DNA of 64,000 nucleotides from Utricularia gibba. Taxonomy: Eukaryota; Plantae; Magnoliophyta. The notes below the pieces were generated by a model, which was given only the letters and a program-made list of their open reading frames with translations, did no database searches and was not told the DNA's origin. Position numbers and translations under genes: made by a program. The DNA lies in NCBI GenBank assembly GCA_002189035.1, contig NEEC01000009.1:2790001-2854000 (forward strand), written 5' to 3'. Shown in pieces: positions 1 through 10,932 of the stretch. Each line of letters opens with the position of its first letter. Position 1 is the first letter of the stretch.

Positions 1-476
1 TTTGAATTAAATTAAAATCGTATTGTAATTCAATCGTAATTGGATTTTGATTTAACTATAATAATGCTTGATATTTTTTATAAGAATTTTTTGAAAATAA
101 AAGGAATTATTTAATAACGATTTGTTGTTAGCGTGGTTTTAAAACCCTAGCATTCTCATGCGTATTATGTATAGAATAGCCAATGAGGAGAGGGGAGCCA
201 TAAATCTACGCAATTACTGTGGTTAATTACCGGATTTTCTCACATAGACCGGCGAATGATACAGTTCCATAATTCTTCCCCCGATTTTACGGGACCTACG
301 CCTCTATGTGACGGATCCTCAAGATTTCACCGCAGTAATTAATGTACGCTATCATTATTTTCTTTTATTTTTATCCCCCCCGGGTGAAAAATGAAATTAC
401 CTGTCATCATCCATCACGCGCGTGGATTCTTTTTTCCACCCTTGCCCTTCCCGAATTAGAAAATTAGATTGTGTGT

Positions 477-623
477 GGTGTTTTAAAATTGGATTAAAAA
501 ATAAAAACAATCCGGTTCGATCAGATGACTACGTCCGGTTTAAGGATACAAAACCGGAGCATCGGGTCAGAGTAGGATCAGGAAAAAACCGGGCCATTTC
601 GGATTTTCCGGTTTGAAAACATA
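477..623. mobile_element. Degenerate MITE-like remnant with CCGG-rich interior
   Basis: Imperfect terminal inverted repeats: GGTGTTTTAAAATTGGA at 477-493 versus TCCGGTTTGAAAACATA at 607-623 (reverse complement TATGTTTTCAAACCGGA). Five CCGG-core motifs inside. No target-site duplication recognised. Confidence 0.35.
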
Positions 624-944
624 GGCAGTTGGTCTGAAGCAACTTCCCGAACCCACATTTGAAAAAGATGTGTATAATATCGATCAACTTGTTAGTCAAT
701 GACGCATCTCATCGTTGGTCAACTGACCTATGGAGAGAAAGATGAGTTGGGCGGCTTTCTTTTCTGCTTCTTCAATGTTGTTCTCTTTTTGATACGCCCT
801 GTATTTGAGAAGTGATTCGGGCTGAGAATTGGTGTTCTGGTTTCTAGGAAATCGGAAAAAGGTGATCTTTTTGAAGAGATTTCGAGACGTGACTCTGGAA
901 AGTTATCATTTTTCTGACTGGTAGTATAGTACCCATGATCCTTG

Positions 945-2402
945 ATGGAGCTGAAGAACAGGAGGAGGAAGAACTGGGTGACATGTTTTGCCTCTTTGTT
1001 GTTTGTTTTACTTGTGGCGACGTCTTCAAATATGGGGATCATGGCCACGGTGAAACTTCCTTTGTTTTTCACTCTTCCAACAGCAGCCCCTGAGGCAGAG
1101 GGGAAGACTTCATTCAACGTCAGCATCCCCAGATTCGGGTACCTGATTTCTGGATCACGAGGGGATTTAGAGAAACTGTGGAGATGTTTTCTTGCCGTGT
1201 ACCATCCCAGAAACTACTACATCCTTCATCTCGACCTCGACTCGCCGGAGCTGGAGAGATCGGAGCTGCTTCACCGGGTCGACAATCACACTCTTTTAAC
1301 CAACATCAGCAATGTACTCGTGAACAAGAAATCGAATATGGTTACCTACAAGGGGCCCTCCATGGTTGCCAACACTCTCCATGCTTGTGCTATACTCCTC
1401 AAGCGATACCAGAACTGGGATTGGTTCATCAATCTCAGCGCATCAGACTACCCGTTGGTGACACAAGATGGTATGCATCATGGCGCGTTTCAATTCGTTT
1501 TCTTTTCTACGGAAGCATCTGATGCGAATATACCGGTGCTGTGCTTTTCGTAGATCTTCTTTATGCGTTCTGGGGCCTAAGCAGAGACTACAATTTCATC
1601 GAACACACCAGTGACTTGAGCTGGAAGAAGTAAGTTGACTGCTTCTTCTTCTTGGTACGAATATATCTATGGGAAAGCTTGACTTTTGGTGTATGGGGTT
1701 TCCACCTGCAGCGACCAGAGAGCGAAGCCTGTGATCATGGACCCTGGTCTTTACCGAAATACAAAATCAGACATATTTTACTTGTTCCCAGCGAGGGATC
1801 TGCCCACAGCATTCAAGTTGTTCACAGGTCAGTTAACACGAATTCCAGCATTGGATGTAAAACACCATGAATCTGGTTACAAATCGCCTTCTCGTTAATG
1901 TATCTGCTTCAGGCTCTGCTTGGATGGTGCTGTCTCGTTCGTTCGTGGAGTACTGCATCTGGGGGTGGGACAATTTGCCTAGAACTCTGCTCATGTACTA
2001 TTCCAACTTCGTGTCCTCCCCAGAAGGATACTTCCAGACAGTGATATGCAACACTCCGGAGTTCATTCCCACGGTGGTGAATCACGACCTGCGTTACATT
2101 TCATGGACCACCCCCCGGGACAGCATCCCCTGACTCTTGATCTCAACGACATTGGGAGCATGGTCGAGAGCCGTGCTGCCTTCGGGAGGAAGTTCCAAAG
2201 GGATTCTCCTGTTTTAGATGCAATCGACAAGCTGTTTCTCCACCGGAGCAAGGGGGGGTTTACGCCGGGTGGGTGGTGCAATGGCCAGCCCCGGTGCTCC
2301 GCCGTTGGGAATTCGAGTATGCTGAGTCCAGGCCCCGGCGCCAAGAGGCTTCGCCGTTTGCTGGATGGTCTGATCAGCGATGGGGGGAAGCCTTGCCGAT
2401 GA
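945..2402 (+). CDS. GT14 family core-2/I-branching glycosyltransferase (GlcAT14-like), 4 exons, apparent 1-bp deletion near 2105-2116
   Basis: N-terminal TM segment and motifs YHPRNYYILHLD, WDWFINLSASDYPLVTQD, GSAWMVLSRSFVEYCIWGWDNLPRTLLMYY. Exons 945-1470, 1554-1629, 1712-1827, 1913-2402, all GT-AG. The C-terminal homology (HPPGQHP...FGRKF...GGWC) continues in the -1 frame. Confidence 0.9.
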
Positions 2403-2851
2403 GCTGAGCTTATCCAGGAGGATGAGAGTAACCATTTGTGGATTCGTTGAAGGGAGTGGCGAACAAAATAGCCATCTAAGATTCATTGTTTGGTGTACAC
2501 AGTGGAAATACAAAGTAAATTCAACTTCAGTTTGTATACCGCACCATAAGCAAGGGGCACAGCATAGCCAGAGAGACAGCATTGGAACCAAATACAAGAC
2601 AACTTGATTGTATTTTTGGGAGTGTAGCCATATGTTTAGATAGAACCAAAGAATCAAATCCGAAGCACCCCTTGTTTCAGTCACCACGGGAAGCAGCCGC
2701 ATAATTTCTGCACCAAAACCCAAAACTCAACAACTGGCTACTTATATGAGATTCCAAAAGAAAAAGGATGATCACAGCTTGTTAGATGCTTCTATAACAA
2801 AATATATTAGCATCAGAGTTTGGTATTTGGTGTGGTTTTCACAAGTTTTTG

Positions 2852-4249
2852 TCAAGCATCATGGTGAAAGCTTCCACAGTAGCACTGATAAGGCAGGCCT
2901 AAGCCAGCTAGTTATCAGCTGGAAGCAAGAAAATATTGTGCAGAAGAAGAAATTAGAGAGCTAACCTTAGGTTCATTGGCTCTGGAAGAACCTTGGCTGC
3001 GGATGCTGCTATTGGGGTGCTTTGGAGTTGTTTCACCAAGTGAATTCTTCTCCTCAAGAACCTTTTCAAATATGTCGGTGAAGTTTTCAGAAGGCTGATC
3101 CTTGTCATTCCATTGTCCAAATCGTGGAACAGTTGTGCCTTGATCATGCTGTCATAAGAATGGTGCCACACATGATATTAGAAAGGAGGTTCAAGGCCAT
3201 AAAATGATATGTAATTCAGCATTACCTTGCTTTGAGTCATTCGGGGTCTTCCATTGCTGCCATAAGAACCATCTTTTCCTCTTCCCTCTACGAGCGGAGA
3301 ACCAATGCTTCGGGGAACATATTTAGATTGCTGTGGATGAGCAGGGGACTTCTCGAATCGCTGATTCGATCCCGCATTCGGCATGACACGGGCATGCATA
3401 TGATGAGCTGGAGACTCAGAACCGACCCCAAGACGCGGTGAACGGGCTTGCTGAGGGTGAATAGGAGACCTCTCATCCAGAGTGCGAACAGGGTGCGCTC
3501 CATGGCGGCCATAGCTCCGCTCATTATCAGCCTTGTAGCCTGGAGAATGCCAGAAATCTCCATTACCTCCATGAATGTTTTCCTCTCCCTTTCCAACTGA
3601 TTCCTCATGCTTGGTTCTTGGTTTTGGTGAACCATTGGGAAGAATATCAGGGTTCTCCATTGGATCATTTGGATTAATGATCTTCCCACCTCGATTCTTG
3701 CGGGCATTATCGAAGTACATTGTGTAAGGAACGTTTTCTCCTTTATCCCATTTTCCAAACTCAGGCACACTGGGACGCTGCAAGGACAGCAGCGATCACA
3801 ACCCAGGAACAATCAGGCATCATATCCATCAAACAAAGAAGATCTAGAGTACAAAAGCTTGCTGCTTTCTGAAGCAACTCTTTCTTAAGAAGGCTAGGGG
3901 CAAATAAACGCCACTTTCTCTGCAAAATTACTACTCTAAAAATGGATCAATGGACAGATGATTGCTCACCAGCCCAGCTATTGAGGCTAGACAACCATAA
4001 TTCAACGCTAGTATAGAAAAGAAAAGAATCCCTGAATAGTGAATCAAAGTTGCGGGACAAACAATTTGCAAAAGCCGGTTGTAGGAAACCCCCAAAACAA
4101 ATCCACAAAAAGGTAAATCCGATCGCACTAGAAAGGAAAAGCACTAAACCAGAAAAAGCTACAACACAACTTTCAACTTCCAATGAAAAGAAACGAAAAT
4201 AATCCAAATACAGGCAGAGGAGGGTTAGGGCTGGAACACTTACAGCCAT
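2852..4249 (-). CDS. RIN4: RPM1-interacting protein 4 (two NOI domains), about 257 aa
   Basis: Exons 4249-4244 (ATGGCT|gtaagt), 3777-3226, 3148-2966, 2884-2852. N-NOI VPEFGKW...YTMYFDNARK...NPNDP; C-NOI VPRFGQW...FTDIFEKV; Cys-containing tail CYC. The last exon is less certain. Confidence 0.88.
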
Positions 4250-4479
4250 TTTTCCTTCAACAAGATAGGAGAATGAAAACCCAGAAACGATGGAGCGCAA
4301 AATAATGAAGAAAAGCTTCCAGATTTGAACCTCCCACAAAACAAAACAGTGTGGAGGGTGCAAAATCGAACAAGATTTGAATCTCCGGACAAATGATGAG
4401 AAATGAAACGGTGCGACGAAGCGGTGCTTGTTAAAGAACGAGGAAGGAGAAGTCGTCGTCGAAAAGGATTGATAAATGG

Positions 4480-4754
4480 TTGACCGGACCCACCGGAGAA
4501 CGTTGACCTTTCGCCTTCACCTTCGCCGTCACCGAGTTATTCGTGAAAAGTTTTCTTCTCCCCATTCCACAGACAGCTTCAAGTTCAAAACGACACCTTT
4601 TTTGCCCTTTTCTTTTCTCCTTTTTCATGTCAGAAACTTTCCAAGACGACGACATTTTTTTAATATTAATATTTTATTCCCACTTCATAATATTCGTAAC
4701 TTCTTCTAATTCGGTTTGCGACCCACATTTTTTTTATACACGCTGTTATTGACT
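4480..4754. promoter_or_regulatory. Three W-boxes (TTGACC/T) upstream of RIN4
   Basis: TTGACC at 4480-4485 and 4503-4508; TTGACT at 4749-4754. Motif match only. Confidence 0.45.
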
Positions 4755-5161
4755 CAGAATTGCAACTATTATGTAATTTCCATACACTTGAGGGGCCATT
4801 TGTTAATTTCGTGCAAATCAACCTCGCTGTGCATATCGAACACCGAATTAAAATAATAAATACATAGATCAGTTGCTTTTAATAAAATAAAAATTAAATC
4901 TGTACAACTTATTAAAAATAAAAGATATTTCTTAATATATATTTATTTTTATAATAAAAATAATTCATATTTAATCATAAAACGATGCTTTGATTTTTAT
5001 AATAATTTATATTTGATTCTAAATTTTTTAATTTAATTCGAGTATTATAATTTCATTATTTTTTTAAATTACAAACATGAATTAAAAAAATGTGAATAAA
5101 AATTTTAAAAAAGATGGAATTTGAATGAAAATAAAATTAGGTAAAAAGATCATTTTGCTTT

Positions 5162-5207
5162 TGGGCTGGGTTGAGTAAATTTGAGAAGGATTGGGCCAGA
5201 GTGGGCT
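5162..5207 (+). promoter_or_regulatory. Site II (TGGGCY) cluster, proximal promoter of the BAP31-like gene
   Basis: TGGGCT 5162-5167, TGGGCC 5192-5197, TGGGCT 5202-5207, at the AT-rich to GC-rich transition. Confidence 0.5.
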
Positions 5208-5886
5208 TCAGAGGGGTAGGCAGAACTCTGACACCTGCCGGTGCGAGGACGATCGCCGGCGGCGCCGGGCTGGATGCTTAATTTCTCCCTCCATTGTTCC
5301 CCTTGAGTTGAACTCGGCGGCATCATAAGGCTAATGTTTGTCAGCTTAAGTTAGATGCAACCCCATCACTTTCGATTCACGTCATTGTTGCTGTATGCTA
5401 AACTTTTTGAGCTGTTTTAGCTTCCATGCTGTATTCCTTTTCGGGGGGTTTTTTTTTCGTCATATTTGCAATATAAAGCACCAACTTTGTGTACAGTTCT
5501 CATTAAACCATCCGCATGATATACATTGGGAAAAGAATGAGTTGTATTCACTCATGTTTGCAGCTGCTTTTTGCAGATCTACAGCAGTTGATGTTTTCTT
5601 CCGGAGTAAATGAGTTGGATATGCTGTCAAGAATTTGAAGAATGAAGAAGGCTCATTAATTTTGTTCGTATCTAGGTGTCTTGTAGGTTATAGCGTCATT
5701 TCTTCTCGTTGTACATCTCCAATGTTGGAAGATTAAGGATCCTTGCTCTTTCATCGTCTGCTGCGTTTGGCTGTTGAAATTTTTCTTTTTATTTTTGGGA
5801 AAAGAGTTGATAGTGTTATATAAGGCCTCATCTTGAAAGTAATTTTGAATCTCAACAAGAGTTGATCATCTTGGACTAAACGTAAT

Positions 5887-7080
5887 ATGATTCCCTTGTT
5901 CTTCTTGGTTGTCTTCTGGGAGGGTGTGGTGGCGTTTCTGTTAGTGGTGAAAATTGGGCCTTTTAGGGATTTGGTAATGAAATGTTTGGATCAAGTAAAG
6001 ATGAGAAAGGCCACGGTTTTGACCATTGCTGGTACCATTTCTGCTATTCTTCTATCAAATTTGTTCAGCATTCTCAAGATTCAGAACAAGGGTGTAAAAC
6101 ATGGCACCATGACTCCCATGGATCAGGTTCTCTGGAGGACCAATTTGCTCGAGGCTACACTCATGGGTAAGATGCTGCTAAAATTCTCTTGCCTGTTTAT
6201 CACTTCCATTCTTGCCATTTTCAAGGGGCGTTACTCTTCTCTGCTGATTAGTTTTTCCATTTTTATCGTTATTTTTTATGGATTGAACTCCAGACATGCT
6301 CTGTTGTGATGAGTTCTATCAAATCTTGACTCTTTTCTACTTTCTTCTGGATTACGCTTTAATGTAATGAAAATTTTCCGTTTACACTACTACTTCAGCT
6401 AGTATGAGCTTCGGTGATGTTATGCAGTCATGATTGGCCTGTTTTTGAATGACACTATTCTGTACTGAGTTATTTTGGATAGCATGTACATCCTCTACAG
6501 GTCTAGAGTTCCCGTTGGTGTTTCCCTTTTTTTGTGGCATATTTGGTGCCACCTTAATTCATTATGATCCTCATGTTTAGTTTCAAGGGTCAATCTAAAT
6601 CAAGTTTTGCACAGAACAAGCCCAGGATTGTTTCAGGAGCATTTCGGTGACCTTGCTCTATATTGATTTTAGAAACTGGTTTTCATGATTAAGGAGTTTG
6701 ATGTTGCAGGGTTCACTCTTTTCCTTGGATTCTTGATCGATCGCATCCACCACTACATGCAAAAGCTAATAAAACTAAGGAATAGCAGTGGAGTGCCGAA
6801 GGCCGTAGTGGAGGAGCTTGAAAAAGAGAAGCTACAGCTGAAGGAGAAGGAAGAAAAAGCTGCCGCTGAAGTGAAGCAACTAAGAGCTGAAGTATCTGGT
6901 TTGACACAGACTTTGAAGAAACTGAAGGTGGAGTCAGCTGAGAAGGACAAGAGATTTGAATCTGCTGAATCTGAAATACAAGCTCTCAGAAAAACAAAGC
7001 ATGATCTGTTCCTTGAGTATGATAGACTGCTGGAAGACAATGAAAGAATGCAGAAACAATTCGCTGGTTACAAGCGTTGA
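5887..7080 (+). CDS. B-cell receptor-associated protein 31-like ER membrane protein
   Basis: Exons 5887-6166 and 6710-7080 (GT-AG, phase 1). Three hydrophobic helices, MTPMDQVLWRTNLLEATLMG motif, C-terminal coiled coil ending LEYDRLLEDN. Confidence 0.9.
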
Positions 7081-8459
7081 AGCCTCCAGAATCAGGTGCA
7101 AGAAACTGGAATACCCCTCTTCTTCTAAGTGTTTTCTCTTTACATGTGATTGCTTTTTGAGCTCAAAGGAACGGAACACTCCTCGGTTTTGAAGCTAATG
7201 CAAGAACATCATTTGCCATGCATAATTCTAGACACGAGTACGAGGTGATCTAACTAACTTGTGATTTGACTTGTAGGAAACAATTACGAGTCGAATAAGA
7301 TATTTTTTATTCGAGTTAATTTATATTTTTTTCAATTGTAGGTTTACGTCTGCTGACCCAATCAATACTCAGCTGTTTCAAGCCATGTCTAAATCATATA
7401 AATAAATAAATATATAATTTTAATTATATGATTTATGTTTATCTAAATTCAAGTAATTTAAATATATTATTAATTAAATCATTACATTATATTTTATCTC
7501 CGATAATTGTGTCTGTTTTACATTTGGTGTCTTATTAAAAATGTATTAATGTATATGTTATATAAATTAGATATTTGAAAAATAATATAAATCATTATAT
7601 TGCATGCACTTATCTGGGAGGTTGGCGAGAGTTAATTCAGTTGCGGTTTCAATGCTTCTTGTGATACGTCTTCGTTGAAGGGGAACCAGTTTTCTTGTAG
7701 ATGCGCATATTGAATTCGCAGGCCACAAGAGGGAAGAATTGTGGAGGCGTTGGAAACTCCCCTTAATAATAGGGTCTGATTGCGGACAGCTGCAGATCAT
7801 TCACACGTTGACGTTACATAAATCGCCATAAAGATCCAGTTTTTTTAACTCTCTGTCCAGAGTGAAGGTATCCCACACTTCTCCTTGCATGGGATCTGAT
7901 TGGTCGCAAAAATTTCAGTGGTTTCTCTGCCATTGCGTTGAAGGGACTGGTGATTTGGAGTTTTCATGTACTCTGATCAGTAAAGATCGTATTTCGTTGT
8001 CGTTTTTTTCTTGAATGATTCTACTTTTCTTGCTGTGGGAGTGATTATTACTTATGGGGTGTCGTCGTTTTCCGGATCATTCGATTATTTCTCATGGGTG
8101 ACTGTGTTTGGTGGAGTAAACGCCAGGGAACAAAAATGTCGGTTTCCAAGTTGGTTTAGGTTTCATGATAAGGGTCACTACTTTCTTGCTTTGACTGATG
8201 TGCTGTCGATCGGTGTGAATTGGAATTTGGGTCAATGCCTCGTGCTGATTTGTTTTATAAATTTATTACAGATTAGTTCAGCGGGGAAGCAAAAGCGTTT
8301 TCTGCAAATTCTGGTTTAAAGATTCTGGGTGAGGGTGGTGAATCTTCTTTTTCCTCTGTGGATTCCTTGATTGTGTGCCTTTGAGAATCTTTGTGGGGCT
8401 TCTGATTCTGATGATCTCAACAGGCTAAGCGAATGAAGAGCAAACCAAATAGCTTGGAA

Positions 8460-10527
8460 ATGGGTGAAGAAGATGATATCTACACCCAGGATGGAACAAT
8501 CGACATCAACAAGAATCCTGCTATAAGGGCGAAAACTGGAACCTGGAAAGCATGCCGCTTCATTCTCGGTGATTCTTCGATCTCTCGTTTTGTTTTTTTC
8601 ATCTTCGTCTGATAAGTTGTATTGAGTTTGATCATAGTTGTGTGGTAAACCATTATCACATAGTAAAATGAAGTTCAATGTTTCAGTTTTCCATTTAGAG
8701 AAAAGCTTTCCGACTTTGCAGGTAGAATTTTCAAATTTGTTGCATTGATATCCCATGTTCTTAAACAGTGACTGAAGGGTGTGAGAGGCTGGCTTATTAT
8801 GGAATGGGCACGAACTTGGTTAATTATCTTAAGATGAGAATGAACCAGGGAAATGTGGCTGCAGCAAACAATGTCACAAATTGGTCGGGGACCTGCTACT
8901 TCACACCGCTGCTTGGAGCCTTTTTAGCAGATTCCTACTTGGGAAGATATTGGACAATCATTTATTTCTCCATCATCTATGTAGTGGTAAGCATCTTTGG
9001 GCCTATGGTTGGTTATATCCAAAAACAATTGGCATGTTTATGGGGTGTTTTTTTTTGGGTTGCAGGGGATGGCTCTGTTGACACTTACGGCATTTGTCCC
9101 TGGTCTCACTCCTGTGTGCACTGCAAACGTTTGCCGCCCTACTCCATTTCAAACCGCAATGAGTTTCGTTGCACTGTACCTTATTGCACTAGGAACCGGT
9201 GGAATCAAACCGTGCGTTTCCTCATTCGGTGCAGATCAGTTTGATGATAATGATGAAAAGGAGAAGAAGCATAAGGCCTCTTTCTTCAACTGGTTTTATC
9301 TCTCCATCAACGTTGGTGCTCTGATTGCATCATCCGTTCTTGTCTGGATTCAGATGAATGTGGGATGGAGTTGGGGCTTTGGGATTCCAGCCGTTGCTAT
9401 GGCTGTTGCAGTTGCATTTTTCTTGTTTGGAACTAAGTTATATCGTCTTCAGAAACCCGGTGGAAGTCCACTTACCAGAATTGCTCAGGTTTTGGTTGCA
9501 TCACTCAGAAAGACTAAGGTTGAAGTCCCTGCTGATTCGTCTCTTCTGTATGAAACTACTGATGTAGAATCCACCATTCAAGGAAGCCGTAAGCTTCTGC
9601 ACACAGACAAGTTCAAGTATGTTTTCTTTAATGCTCTCCCTTTACCGGTAAAAACTTCACTTTCAAGGACTTGTCCTTAATGGAGAAATTTGCAGGTTTC
9701 TTGACAAAGCTGCGGTGGAAACAGAAGCTGGTCATGGAAAGGAAGTAGCTAATCCTTGGAGGCTGTGTACAGTGACTCAAGTGGAGGAACTGAAGTCCAT
9801 TTTACGTGTTCTTCCCATTTGGGCTTCTGGCATACTCTTCTGCACAGTCTACAACCAGATGAACACAATGTTTGTTCTACAAGGGGATACAATGGATCAA
9901 CACATTGGTCCAAATTTCAAAATCCCAGCTGCATCTTTGTCCCTTTTTGACACCCTGAGTGTCATATTTTGGGCACCTGTCTATGATCGGGTGATAGTGC
10001 CGTATGCCAGCAAGTTCACAGGGAATGAGAGAGGATTCACTCATCTTCAGCGGATGGGAATAGGCCTTGTCATCTCCATCTTCGCAATGATAGTTGCTGG
10101 TGTGCTCGAAGTTGTGCGGCTTGACAATGTCAGAAGGCATAACTACTATGATCTTGAGACCGTTCCAATGTCTGTTCTCTGGCAAATTCCTCAGTACTTC
10201 CTAGTTGGATGCGCAGAAGTATTTACCTTCATTGGACAGCTAGAGTTTTTCTATGATCAAGCTCCTGATGCTATGCGAAGCCTGTGCTCAGCTCTCTCAC
10301 TTCTAACTAATGCTTTGGGGAACTACTTGAGCACCTTGCTGGTGACCATAGTGACTCATGTGACTACAAGAAATGGGAATCTCGGATGGATCCCTGATAA
10401 TCTGAATCGAGGCCATCTCGACTACTTCTACTGGCTTGTAGCCATTCTCAGTTTGATCAACTTCTTCATCTATCTCTGGATTGCCAAATGGTACCAGTAC
10501 AAGAAAGTTGCCTCTCAGCCTCGTTAA
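8460..10527 (+). CDS. NPF8.1: NPF8 / PTR1-PTR5-type peptide transporter
   Basis: Exons 8460-8568, 8769-8986, 9066-9616, 9696-10527. Motifs [10 protein letters not shown] (ExxER), [38 protein letters not shown]. An in-frame upstream ATG lies at 8433. NPF8.1 versus NPF8.2 cannot be resolved here. Confidence 0.93.
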
Positions 10528-10584
10528 GCCTGTTTCTTCTTGGTTGTTTAATTCAAAATTTCAATGTTTATTTGGGTGCTCCTC

Positions 10585-10932
10585 TCAGAAACTCATTGAA
10601 GCATGAAATGCATATGATTATTAGAAACATAGCAGAACATGTACATTATCAGCAAATGCATGAGCTAAATACCACATCAGAACACTTACTGCTAATGAAT
10701 GTGAACTGTTTTGGCTTGTTTTTGCCATCCCCCCTGCTCTTAGAGTTGTTCGTCCCTGGTTGTTTCCTTCTTGTATCAGAAACTCATTGAAGCATGAAAT
10801 GCCTATCATTATTAGAAGTATAGCAGAACAAGTAGATTATCAGCAAAAGCATGATATCAATACAACCTCAGAACACTTCTTGCAATGGAATGTGAACCAT
10901 TTTGCCTAGTTTTTGCCATTCCTCCTCCTCTT
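10585..10932. repeat. Tandem duplication, period 191 nt, of the OCTOPUS C-terminal codons and 3' UTR
   Basis: 10585-10741 aligns without gaps to 10776-10932; I counted 24 mismatches in 157 nt by hand (about 85% identity). Confidence 0.9.
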
